Positions 28,472-36,931 of a stretch of DNA of 51,980 nucleotides are shown piece by piece (within the stretch, counting starts at the first letter, position 1; each line of letters starts with the position of its first letter). This DNA comes from a virus (Duplodnaviria > Caudoviricetes). The notes beneath the pieces were generated by a model that saw only the letters and a list, made by a program, of their open reading frames with translations, ran no database searches and was not told the DNA's origin. Both the position numbers and the translations under genes were made by a program. The stretch spans positions 1-51,980 of IMG/VR virus record IMGVR_UViG_3300038427_000258; one strand, given 5' to 3'.

Positions 28472-31400
28472 AAACGAAAATACTGCTGCTTGGCTTGTTG
28501 ATGGCGCTGGGAGCGCGATCGGCGTTCGGCCAGATAGTCACCTTTCAGGCCGACCAAGCCTTCGTCAACGAAATCAACGCCTCGTGGGGTTCCTGTCCGT
28601 CAGGGCAATACGTCACCGGCACGTTTCTAGGTCAGGCCCCGAGATGCGCCAACGGCAGCACGCTCACGCCGGGCACAGGTCTCATTGCGTGCGGCACTGG
28701 AACGATCTGCCTTCAGACGCCCGTGCTGCCGATCAATGGCGGCACGGGAACGAGCGCGCCGACCGCCCACGGCATTCTCATCGGTGAGGGGCTGGCTGGA
28801 TTCGATTCGGTGGTTTGTCCGTTCGGGCAACTGCTCGTGAGCATAAGCACCAGTGGCGACCCTGTATGCAGCGGGGAGGCAATAAGTTCCATCTTCACCC
28901 AGCTCTACCCGGGACTGCTCAACGGCACCGACGCCATCGGGCCTTTCAATGGCGCCCGGAGTGGCGAGAAAAATGTCGCGGACTTCGGGATTCTGAGCGC
29001 CAATGGCAGCCAGAGCACTACCACAGGCTCAGTGACCGGCACCGCTCTGACGGTGGGCTCCAACAGCTACGTGAATGGCCAATGGCTCCTGATTCCGCAA
29101 GCCGGACCAACCAACACGGAAGCAGCACCTTCGCCTGCGCCGACTGTAACGGCCGTTTCGCAAGATTGGGTGCCGGATCAGGTCATCACTTCCGCGCAAC
29201 TAAACACCGGCGCAACGCCTTTCATCATCCATCCAGTCCAGAATAATGCGGGATCGCACTGGTACTGGCCGACGGCTGCGGGAACTACCTCCTTGCTCAT
29301 TAACTGCCAACTCCAATCCGTGTCGTGCTCGAATAGCGGTGGCCCAACCTGCGGTACGGCGACGGTCATCATCAACCTAGGAACGGGATGCTATAACCTA
29401 ACTAACGGCGCCGCGATCGTCAGTGGCCTCGCTAACAACGGCACACTCGACGGAACCTACACCATCACGGCCAGCGGATCGCCTGCCACTTCCTTTAGCT
29501 TTTCGTCAAGTTCGAGCAGCTATCAGAACGGGAACGGCGGCATCGTAGACCAGTATCCGATTGTATGGCCACAAGGCACGGATGGATCGACCGTCGTAGA
29601 TGGTGGCGTGACTTGGACTAAATGCGATTCGACCTGTTCCCAAGCCTATCTTTACAAAACGGCTTTCCTGAATATCAACGGCGGCGAGAGCGCCGCTAGC
29701 TCCGCCTCGACCTCCGTCACGAACGCGAAGCCACTCGATAACGTTCACAATTACAATATCGTCGGAACTACACCTGACTCGATTGCCGAATCGGTGGTGG
29801 TTTACGGTAATCCGGGCGGCGCGGGCTACAGTCTTCTCGGAGCGGCCCCGAACAGCACGGATAATTATCATACGACAGCAGACTACCGCGATAACGGCAC
29901 CACGTATCTCAATGCGAGTTCGACGATTGCGGGAACGCCACCATCAAGTGCGACCAATAACGCGCTCTCGGCTAAAATAGTATCAGGCGGCGGAACGAGG
30001 AATATCGTGCTCTCTGCGGCCGCGAGCAACAGCGTGAGCGGCGTCAGCGTCTACCCCGATGACGCGCCGATCTTCAACCTTGCTATTGCGGCTCAGCAAT
30101 ACACCTGCCAGCCCAACACCCTGTGCGGCGGAAACGTCTATGCGCCAAATGGGCTTTATATCCAATCCTCGCCCATTCTCGCGGGATCAGCTACGAGCGG
30201 AAATATCCTGTCTGGTGAAAGTCTGGAAGGTTCAACTGCGCAGGGCGCCAACATTCTCGCGACGACGGCGATGGCGGGGTTGCCGCAGGTTCTCTGCACC
30301 AACTGCAACACCTTTCACGTTAGCGGTCTCTCGCTTTGGGGCGGCCCGGCAAACGCCTTCCCGCTCGCAGGCATTGAGCAGAATCACATCAATCCGAACA
30401 GCGGCCAGGTGAGTGCCGGTTTCAGTCTTTTCGAGAACAACCAGATCGGGGGCGGCTACGTTAACGCCCCTGGATTCAGTATCTGGGACGGCATCATCTT
30501 CACGAGTCGAGGTGCGAACGAAAACAACAATGATCATAACACGGTCATCGGTAATTCAATCGGCAACTGCACCGACGCCGCGGTTGGCATTCTGCATCTC
30601 AACAGTCTCGAAAACAAAATCATTGGCAATAGTCTGAGCTGCGGCTCGCAGACGATGGTTGCCTTCAATGGCGGCAGCGCCACGGTTGCAAACAATGCTG
30701 GTGCAGCCGGCAGCTATCTCGCAACCGTGCCAGGTTTTATGGTCGATATGCGCGCGGGAGATTATGTCCACAAAAGCACGTTTTCTGGTAACGATACCGA
30801 AAGCGTATACGGCTTGGCGCGCAGCGAAACGACGACGACGACGACTAGTGCCGCCTCGCTGACGATCAACGCCAATGGCGCGAGCGATAATAACGGCCAG
30901 TTTCCGATCATATGGAAAAGCTCGAATGTGCGGCTGTTTCTGTCGGGGGCCTTGGCTGAAGGCTCGCCCGATGGCGGCAACTCAATTAGCATGGCCCCGA
31001 CGATCATCACAAACGCCTCTATCGGGAGTCAGTTCGTCTTCGGCAATGAATTTGTTCTCAGCGACGATTTGGTGACGCAAAATCCGACCAACATCACGTT
31101 GATTGGGAGCGGCAATCCCATTGCGGGATTTCCCAAACAGATTAGCGGAATCATCGGTGGCACCATTTCGGGTATGGGTTTCGGTTATGCTGGTGCTTCC
31201 AGTGTCGGGAATATTTTCGGTTCTGTAGCGGGTGCGGGGTCCAACTTCCAGCAGGATCAGGCTAATGCGCTGTATATGGATGGTGGCGGGAACCTGAACC
31301 TAAATAACCATCAGGGGACCACCAATGTTTGTCCCGCCGGCGTCAATAATTTCGAGAATGAAGGGTGCCCAATAGGCGCAATCGACCCCGCGACGATTTT

Positions 31401-31713
31401 CGGTACGATGTTCAATTCGGTCCCCGCCGTGACATCGCAGAGTGGCACTGGCGGGACGGTGGGTTGTAGCGAATCGATGCAGGGGACTCTGAAGATCGCG
31501 AATTGCGTCTTCACTGGATACTACGAGACGGGATCAGCACAGACGTATTCGTTCCCGACAGCGTTCAATCAGATTCCAAGTCTCATCGGCGGTTCCTGCG
31601 ATTACAATGCGGCGCTCGCGGCCTTCCCCAGTACGACCACCTCGACGCTAACGCTCCCGGCGGGTGGATCCATGAATCCGATCTCCTGCAACCTGACCTT
31701 AGTGGGAAACTGA
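28468..31713 (+). CDS. Tail spike / depolymerase-like protein (pectin-lyase beta-helix) with a Sec signal peptide
   Basis: MKTKILLLGLLMALGARSAFG|Q; NVADFG and DDAPIFNLAI..GG.VYAPNG.Y motifs; Asn-ladder repeats; LPINGGTG fibre motif; 24 Cys. Confidence 0.85.
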   Translation: MKTKILLLGLLMALGARSAFGQIVTFQADQAFVNEINASWGSCPSGQYVTGTFLGQAPRCANGSTLTPGTGLIACGTGTICLQTPVLPINGGTGTSAPTAHGILIGEGLAGFDSVVCPFGQLLVSISTSGDPVCSGEAISSIFTQLYPGLLNGTDAIGPFNGARSGEKNVADFGILSANGSQSTTTGSVTGTALTVGSNSYVNGQWLLIPQAGPTNTEAAPSPAPTVTAVSQDWVPDQVITSAQLNTGATPFIIHPVQNNAGSHWYWPTAAGTTSLLINCQLQSVSCSNSGGPTCGTATVIINLGTGCYNLTNGAAIVSGLANNGTLDGTYTITASGSPATSFSFSSSSSSYQNGNGGIVDQYPIVWPQGTDGSTVVDGGVTWTKCDSTCSQAYLYKTAFLNINGGESAASSASTSVTNAKPLDNVHNYNIVGTTPDSIAESVVVYGNPGGAGYSLLGAAPNSTDNYHTTADYRDNGTTYLNASSTIAGTPPSSATNNALSAKIVSGGGTRNIVLSAAASNSVSGVSVYPDDAPIFNLAIAAQQYTCQPNTLCGGNVYAPNGLYIQSSPILAGSATSGNILSGESLEGSTAQGANILATTAMAGLPQVLCTNCNTFHVSGLSLWGGPANAFPLAGIEQNHINPNSGQVSAGFSLFENNQIGGGYVNAPGFSIWDGIIFTSRGANENNNDHNTVIGNSIGNCTDAAVGILHLNSLENKIIGNSLSCGSQTMVAFNGGSATVANNAGAAGSYLATVPGFMVDMRAGDYVHKSTFSGNDTESVYGLARSETTTTTTSAASLTINANGASDNNGQFPIIWKSSNVRLFLSGALAEGSPDGGNSISMAPTIITNASIGSQFVFGNEFVLSDDLVTQNPTNITLIGSGNPIAGFPKQISGIIGGTISGMGFGYAGASSVGNIFGSVAGAGSNFQQDQANALYMDGGGNLNLNNHQGTTNVCPAGVNNFENEGCPIGAIDPATIFGTMFNSVPAVTSQSGTGGTVGCSESMQGTLKIANCVFTGYYETGSAQTYSFPTAFNQIPSLIGGSCDYNAALAAFPSTTTSTLTLPAGGSMNPISCNLTLVGN

Positions 31714-31716
31714 GAA

Positions 31717-31938
31717 ATGAAGCGAGTAATCATAACGATGATCGTGCTGATGTTTCCCGTCAGTCTACTGGCGCAAACAGTTTGCTTCACTGGGCCGAAC
31801 ACGCAGTATGAATGGGGCGCCGCATGCGTGACGCAAACAGCGACGCGAACGCCGGTGCCTACCAACACCGCGACCGCGACCGCGACCGCCACGGCCACGC
31901 GGACACCGACTCCGACGCCGACGGCGACGCCAACGTAA
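31717..31938 (+). CDS. Tiny secreted peptide: Cys-pair loop plus TP/TA tail
   Basis: MKRVIITMIVLMFPVSLLA|Q; 2 Cys. Confidence 0.75.
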   Translation: MKRVIITMIVLMFPVSLLAQTVCFTGPNTQYEWGAACVTQTATRTPVPTNTATATATATATRTPTPTPTATPT

Positions 31939-32291
31939 TGAGCACAGGAGGAGAGCATGATGTGGTCACTTGGGGCCTGCTCGAAATTATCGGAGCGGTT
32001 GTCACCGCGCTCGGAACCATCATCGCATGGCTGTTCGCGCGGCTGTTCCCAACCAAATCGGCGGTACAAGCGATGATTGAGGAAGCGAGAAAAAGGGACA
32101 AGGCAGAGCATGACGCGAGCCTCGACACAATCGCCAAAGAACTGAAGCTCCGCGAAGAGATGCGCGATCGCCAGCACGCGGAGAATCAGGAGCGGTTCAA
32201 ACGGCTCGACGACAAGGTTGACGAGATTCCCGACAGGGTGGAACAGAAACTGCGGGATTTCTTCAACTATACGCGCGGCGGAGGAACCTGA
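31938..32291 (+). CDS. TM plus coiled-coil protein (holin/spanin-like lysis protein)
   Basis: One TM helix followed by a charged coiled coil; start of the lysis region. Confidence 0.6.
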   Translation: MSTGGEHDVVTWGLLEIIGAVVTALGTIIAWLFARLFPTKSAVQAMIEEARKRDKAEHDASLDTIAKELKLREEMRDRQHAENQERFKRLDDKVDEIPDRVEQKLRDFFNYTRGGGT

Positions 32292-32470
32292 TGGCCGAAG
32301 AAAGCACAATCAGCATCCCTCACAGACCTGCTACTTTCTGCCAATGTATCGATCGCGCGAAGTGCTGCCTCTGCGGCAAGCTGGCCCGCATCACCGCGCA
32401 CGGCCATAATTTCTGTTGGGATTGTGCGAAGGTTCAACCCGGGTTGGAGATGCTCTCGCGAGGGCGGTGA
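32291..32470 (+). CDS. 59-aa Cys-rich zinc-finger protein
   Basis: GGAGG SD; CCLC...FCWDC; TGATG overlap; missing from the ORF track. Confidence 0.6.
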   Translation: MAEESTISIPHRPATFCQCIDRAKCCLCGKLARITAHGHNFCWDCAKVQPGLEMLSRGR

Positions 32471-32606
32471 TGGCGATAATGGAAGTAGCCGCGCGATTCT
32501 GGAAGTAGCCGATTCCATTTGCCAAGACCCGCTGTTAGCGCTATGAGGATGGGGCGTGTAGCGCCGTCCCTTGTGGATGTAGCGCGGTTCATGTAGCGTG
32601 GTCCGC

Positions 32607-32948
32607 ATGAAGATAGGCCCAATTATCGAGAAACTCGCCAATTTGTACGAACTCACCGAAATGGACTGGTGCTTTAGCATCAGCGGAAGCATCACGGAAC
32701 CTACATGCCCTGTCGTCACGATTTATCCCGAAGATGAGGACTACGATGGGCTGACAAACTACACCGAATTTTGTGATTTGGACGGGGACATAGACGTGGC
32801 ACTAGAGAAGGTCGTGGCGAGGGTCTTTGCTGACGTTTATGGCGATGCCGAGCAACAGAAATCATCCGTACCTTTTACGAATCCAGCCGACGACCTGTGG
32901 AAAAAGAAGTTGATCGAAATTAGGGCGAAGCGAGGCTACATCGAATGA
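32607..32948 (+). CDS. Acidic hypothetical protein
   Basis: ORF with lower GC; ATGA overlap with the next gene. Confidence 0.7.
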   Translation: MKIGPIIEKLANLYELTEMDWCFSISGSITEPTCPVVTIYPEDEDYDGLTNYTEFCDLDGDIDVALEKVVARVFADVYGDAEQQKSSVPFTNPADDLWKKKLIEIRAKRGYIE

Positions 32949-33085
32949 AGCGCCGCTGCTCTGAGTGCAAGACGCCCTTCACGCCCGCCAAGCGCCATCC
33001 GCACCAGCAAACCTGCGGCTCCGACCGCTGCCGGATGCGCCGATACCGAAAGCATTTGACAAAAACAGTGAGTCAACGCCTCTGA
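32945..33085 (+). CDS. 46-aa CxxC...CxxxxC zinc-ribbon protein
   Basis: MKRRCSECKTPF...QTCGSDRCR; coupled to both neighbours. Confidence 0.7.
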   Translation: MKRRCSECKTPFTPAKRHPHQQTCGSDRCRMRRYRKHLTKTVSQRL

Positions 33086-33513
33086 TGCACCAGACCATCG
33101 ATAGCATCCCCTTCGCCGCCATCGCGGGCGACATGGCCGACTATGTTCATGCGCTCGCCCTGACCGAGCATTTCGGCCACACCCTCACGCCCGACTGCAT
33201 CTACGGTCTTTGCCGGTTCGGCAGCGACGATGCGGGCAAGGCGTTCGGCCTACTTCAGCAGCACCTTCCCTTCATCAATACGTGGTACAGAGCCGAAGGA
33301 CCGCCCTATGGGGTAGCCGACGAGGACGACGTGCCCACAGGCCAGATTAAGGCCGCCGCGCGGTTCCTGAAGGCATTCATTCCTCTGCTCGGCCTCGATG
33401 GGGCTGTTCAGAGCTATCAGACGGGAATCGCGGCCTATAGGGTGGGACAGCGGAATCAGGCGTACCTCGACAAGTTCACGGCGGCTCTCATGCGGGTGAG
33501 GAGCGGGAAGTGA
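33085..33513 (+). CDS. Endolysin, lysozyme-like/lytic transglycosylase (SLT) fold
   Basis: Catalytic-type Glu at helix end (LALTE), DAGKAFGLLQ, QIKAAARFL, SYQTG and terminal Y..K motifs. Confidence 0.7.
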   Translation: MHQTIDSIPFAAIAGDMADYVHALALTEHFGHTLTPDCIYGLCRFGSDDAGKAFGLLQQHLPFINTWYRAEGPPYGVADEDDVPTGQIKAAARFLKAFIPLLGLDGAVQSYQTGIAAYRVGQRNQAYLDKFTAALMRVRSGK

Positions 33514-33782
33514 ATATGTGGCAGCGAGCGAAATTTCTACCTCCTACCGAATCGCCTGAACCATTTTGGGTGCGCGCAGAACCTCCCATACCGATGGAAC
33601 TGCCAGCGCTCAATGCGCAGAAAACAGGCTTCGAGAACGAGCGCGTAGCCGGACTGTGGTATCGAACGAACGTGCTATCCCCCGATGGGAGTTTTTGCCT
33701 ATGGGCACCGCAGAACGGCGTGGAATTGATGCCGGAATTCGCGGACGAAGTGCCTAAAGATGATCGTTATCTGATGCCCTAG
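33510..33782 (+). CDS. Hypothetical protein
   Basis: GTGA overlap. Confidence 0.65.
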   Translation: MNMWQRAKFLPPTESPEPFWVRAEPPIPMELPALNAQKTGFENERVAGLWYRTNVLSPDGSFCLWAPQNGVELMPEFADEVPKDDRYLMP

Positions 33783-33785
33783 ACA

Positions 33786-33831
33786 GCGAAACGCCCTACA
33801 CCCGGGGAGGCCACGTGTAAGGCGTTTGCTT
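33786..33831. terminator. Stem-loop (terminator, possibly for a leftward small RNA)
   Basis: AGCGAAACGCC-c-TACAC...GTGTA-a-GGCGTTTGCT. Confidence 0.55.
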
Positions 33832-33904
33832 GAATTTGGGGGCCGATAACGCTCTTTCATGTAGCAAGGGAGTCGGTTATTGTCAACGGCAGCGGGAGGG
33901 GGCC

Positions 33905-34153
33905 ATGACTCAAATCGTAATGCAGGTGCTCGCGACGCTGGTAGCCTTTGGCGTCGCCTACGCGGGCGTGATGGCGAGCGAGCCGCACACATGCGCATTC
34001 AGTTGGCCTGCTCTGCTCGCGGGCCTCACAGCCGTAGCCAGCTATCATGGCGGTTTGTTTCAAGACTCACCCACAGCTCCTGGCACCTCCGTGACCAGCG
34101 AGAAGGTGGAAGTGACCAAGACGCCCGCGCCTGCGGAGCCGGTGAAAACATAA
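33905..34153 (+). CDS. Putative holin (2 TM)
   Basis: GGAGG SD; two hydrophobic helices; near the endolysin. Confidence 0.65.
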   Translation: MTQIVMQVLATLVAFGVAYAGVMASEPHTCAFSWPALLAGLTAVASYHGGLFQDSPTAPGTSVTSEKVEVTKTPAPAEPVKT

Positions 34154-34180
34154 ACTGAAATTCAAAAGGAGGTGCCCAAA

Positions 34181-34489
34181 ATGAGCACCGAGAATGAAGT
34201 ACGAGAGAAGAACGCGAAGGTCGCGCATCGGTTGGACTTCGGGGAATACGGTTTCCTGAAATTCCAAGAGGGTCCGCGCAACGAGGTCGGCCACAACGGG
34301 TTGTTCATCGCCGAAGATGTGCTGCCGGTACTGGTCCAGCATCTCAAGAATCTCAACGGCGTGCTGCCCTCGCGGGAAACCTCGCTGGCTATCACGAAAC
34401 TCGAAGAGTGTCAGATGTGGCTCATCGCCCGCCGTGATGCTCGTGAAAAACAAGCTGTCCTCGGAACCTACAAGCCCCATCAGAGCTAA
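34181..34489 (+). CDS. tad1: Tad1/Acb2-family anti-defence sponge protein
   Basis: AGGAGGT SD; KFQEGP.NEVGHNG...SRETSLAITKLEE..MWL..R...R....V.GT matches the Tad1 signature. Confidence 0.8.
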   Translation: MSTENEVREKNAKVAHRLDFGEYGFLKFQEGPRNEVGHNGLFIAEDVLPVLVQHLKNLNGVLPSRETSLAITKLEECQMWLIARRDAREKQAVLGTYKPHQS

Positions 34490-34498
34490 GGAGATCCC

Positions 34499-34933
34499 AT
34501 GAAACGACACATCATCACACTCGCCATCGCGGCCCTCGCGTTCGCCGGCTGCTTCGCTTCCCAGGGCGGTGGCGGCAACATCACCGGCCCCATCGACAAG
34601 TTCATCGGCAAATCGCAGATCGTGCCCATCCCGGCGCTGCTCGCGCAGGCCATCACGACTTGCGCCAAGGGCCAGACCTCCGGCAACGCCGAAGCGCTCG
34701 TCGAATACAACTTCTGGGTGGGAAACTGCACCGGCGCAATCCAGCAGTCTCAGGCCATTCAGCTCGGTATCGTGGGGACCGTCGATCAGGGCGTGTGCGG
34801 GCTGTTCGACTGGAGCAACGGAACATCGTGGCAGCTATTGCCGAGCGTGGTGGTTCCGGCGCCGGCGCTCGCGATGTGCCCGGTGGCCGTCCCCAGCCCG
34901 GCTCCTACCGCTGCTCCTGCTACGGTGAAGTGA
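34499..34933 (+). CDS. Lipoprotein (spanin-like or exclusion protein)
   Basis: AAGGAG SD; lipobox FAG|C; 4 further Cys. Confidence 0.75.
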   Translation: MKRHIITLAIAALAFAGCFASQGGGGNITGPIDKFIGKSQIVPIPALLAQAITTCAKGQTSGNAEALVEYNFWVGNCTGAIQQSQAIQLGIVGTVDQGVCGLFDWSNGTSWQLLPSVVVPAPALAMCPVAVPSPAPTAAPATVK

Positions 34934-34934
34934 C

Positions 34935-35135
34935 GTGCTGATCTGCAAGCTGTATCCGCATCCGATGCGATACGAGCCAGAGGGATTCAATGGTGGCCCC
35001 GCGATCGTGGACGCCAAGGGGGGCGTAGTGATGGGGTTCTTTTGGCCGTCGCACGATCCCGCAATGCCTGAGCGTGAGATAGACGATGGCATGAAAGAAT
35101 TGGCGGAAGCGATCTGCTTTCTGATGAATCAGTGA
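34935..35135 (+). CDS. Hypothetical protein
   Basis: Last rightward ORF before the converging block. Confidence 0.6.
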   Translation: MLICKLYPHPMRYEPEGFNGGPAIVDAKGGVVMGFFWPSHDPAMPEREIDDGMKELAEAICFLMNQ

Positions 35136-35185
35136 CCCGTGTCCTCGTAGCCAATCAGCCATCTCAACCTCCAGCGCGACGGCGA

Positions 35186-35371
35186 TTAGCGGGACGAAGG
35201 CGGCGAAGTAGGCTGGTGCGCATGAATTGGGCAATCGAAGGGATGCCAGTCGAAAGCAATTAAGGCGCAGCGGCATCCTCGCGAGGGGCGATGCTCCCAG
35301 ACCTCCAACAACTCGCGTACTACGGTCCAAGCCAACAGCAGCGCGGGAACGAACAGACCTAAGCGGGGCAT
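35186..35371 (-). CDS. Small membrane/Cys-His protein
   Basis: AGGAGG SD; hydrophobic N-terminus; CRC...CPIH. Confidence 0.55.
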   Translation of the reverse strand: MPRLGLFVPALLLAWTVVRELLEVWEHRPSRGCRCALIAFDWHPFDCPIHAHQPTSPPSSR

Positions 35372-35380
35372 CGTGACCTC

Positions 35381-35623
35381 CTAGCGGGATAGGGTGCGGT
35401 GAGCCTTTGTCTGTGCCTCGCAAAAGTCGGCGATATCACGAAGGCATTGTTTTTCATAGAGAGTGTCCGCACGAGGGTAAAAAGCAAAGCATCGCCAGCG
35501 CCCGAACCAGCGAATCTCGCCTAAAGACGCTTCGCCTTCCCGCGTGCGCACATCCCAAATCGAAGTCTTACGCTCCAGCGGAATAGGCAAGAGAACGAAA
35601 TAAATCCACTTTGACTCAGCCAT
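35381..35623 (-). CDS. Conserved phage hypothetical protein (LGEIRWFGRWR.FAF.P...CLRDIA.F)
   Basis: AGGAGG SD; recognisable motif. Confidence 0.8.
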   Translation of the reverse strand: MAESKWIYFVLLPIPLERKTSIWDVRTREGEASLGEIRWFGRWRCFAFYPRADTLYEKQCLRDIADFCEAQTKAHRTLSR

Positions 35624-35650
35624 CCGCAGTCACCTCCTGAGCGTGAGCCG

Positions 35651-35833
35651 TCAGCTTAATCGCCGCGCCATTTCTTCTGGTGCGTAGACTATCCAGAAAG
35701 CGTCGCCCTCTTTGAGATGCACACGTTCATCAAAACGCACAAGCTTGAAAAGACGCGGCCCATCGCTATCGCTTGCCACTACGTGAAGCACGCAGGGGAC
35801 ATAAACCTTGCCCTTAATTGTACGTTGTTCCAT
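35651..35833 (-). CDS. Hypothetical protein
   Basis: SD present; part of the leftward gene chain. Confidence 0.65.
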   Translation of the reverse strand: MEQRTIKGKVYVPCVLHVVASDSDGPRLFKLVRFDERVHLKEGDAFWIVYAPEEMARRLS

Positions 35834-35839
35834 CTCCCG

Positions 35840-36115
35840 CTACTCCTTTCTTCCGAGGCGCACCAAAAAGTAATAGAACGCGATAGACGCGCCAGTCCAT
35901 ACTCCCCCTAAAACAAAGATCAGTTGTTGCGTCGGAGCCCATAGCATCCATTCCTCATCATCAAACAGTCCTGGTGCGAATTCGATATGATGCCACGGCA
36001 AAAAAAACTTAGAAGTGATCAAAAATAGGAGCATGATTAATCCGCCAAATTTGACGGCTAATAATGTAGGTGGTAGCCCTCGATTATGTCGCGCTAAAAG
36101 AATCAGATGGCTCAT
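35840..36115 (-). CDS. AT-rich 2-TM membrane protein flanked by 18-bp direct repeats
   Basis: Two hydrophobic segments; TCCTTTCTTCCGAGGCGC at 35844-35861 and 36123-36140. Confidence 0.7.
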   Translation of the reverse strand: MSHLILLARHNRGLPPTLLAVKFGGLIMLLFLITSKFFLPWHHIEFAPGLFDDEEWMLWAPTQQLIFVLGGVWTGASIAFYYFLVRLGRKE

Positions 36116-36931
36116 TTATTTATCCTTTCTTCCGAGGCGCGCCGCTGCGAGGTCCGCAAGCCATAAGGCGCGGAGTTTGTCCAGCGCATCATAAGAACGC
36201 TCAATGGTAAAGTGCCGTGCATTGAGAAGGGCTTGCGCGGCGCGCTCCCGCAGCACATCGGGCGCGGGTTCGGCGGGTGGACATTCGTGGTGACATTCAC
36301 AAGCTCCATAACCGCATCCCTGGGCTCCGTGTGGATGATGGTGACAATCAGGGCATCGAATCTGACCGCACTCGCACCGCGCCGTCGCCTCACCAGCGTC
36401 GGTTTCGGCGGGCGGCTGAGGCCAATGTTCTTGGTTTACGATGCAATCTGCCTTATGACGATAACTTATGGTCATGCTGAACGGGCATTCACATACATAT
36501 TTCGGCTTCGCCTTACCAGCGTCGGACGCATAAAGTGTCTCGCCAGTATGGGGATCGGACCATGCTTTGTAACCTTTCAGATGCGGAAGCTCTTTCTCAC
36601 CAGCGTCGGGCTTCGGGAAACGCTGGCGATAGGCGTCCAGAACTTCCTTGAGAGCCGCGGCTACCCCTCTGTGATAGGGCGCGTAGGGAGCGTCGTAACC
36701 CGCTGCCTTAAAGTAGAACTCGTGGAGGTTTTCAATCTGTGTACGCATCTGTTCCGCCGCAGCGAGGCGCGCGTGGGTGTCATCGGGAGCGACGTCAGCT
36801 AACCATTTGCGCGCTTCCTTCGCGGTTTCCACAAAGATGCAATACTCATGTGGTGCCTGATGTGCATGAACCTCTCTCGTTGCTTGTTCTAGTTCGGTAC
36901 ACAGCCTCTCGATTCGTTTACGCAGGTCCAT
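36116..36931 (-). CDS. Mosaic hypothetical protein with Cys/His modules
   Basis: AAGGAG SD; segments separated by xDAG(E/K) repeats. Confidence 0.7.
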   Translation of the reverse strand: MDLRKRIERLCTELEQATREVHAHQAPHEYCIFVETAKEARKWLADVAPDDTHARLAAAEQMRTQIENLHEFYFKAAGYDAPYAPYHRGVAAALKEVLDAYRQRFPKPDAGEKELPHLKGYKAWSDPHTGETLYASDAGKAKPKYVCECPFSMTISYRHKADCIVNQEHWPQPPAETDAGEATARCECGQIRCPDCHHHPHGAQGCGYGACECHHECPPAEPAPDVLRERAAQALLNARHFTIERSYDALDKLRALWLADLAAARLGRKDK

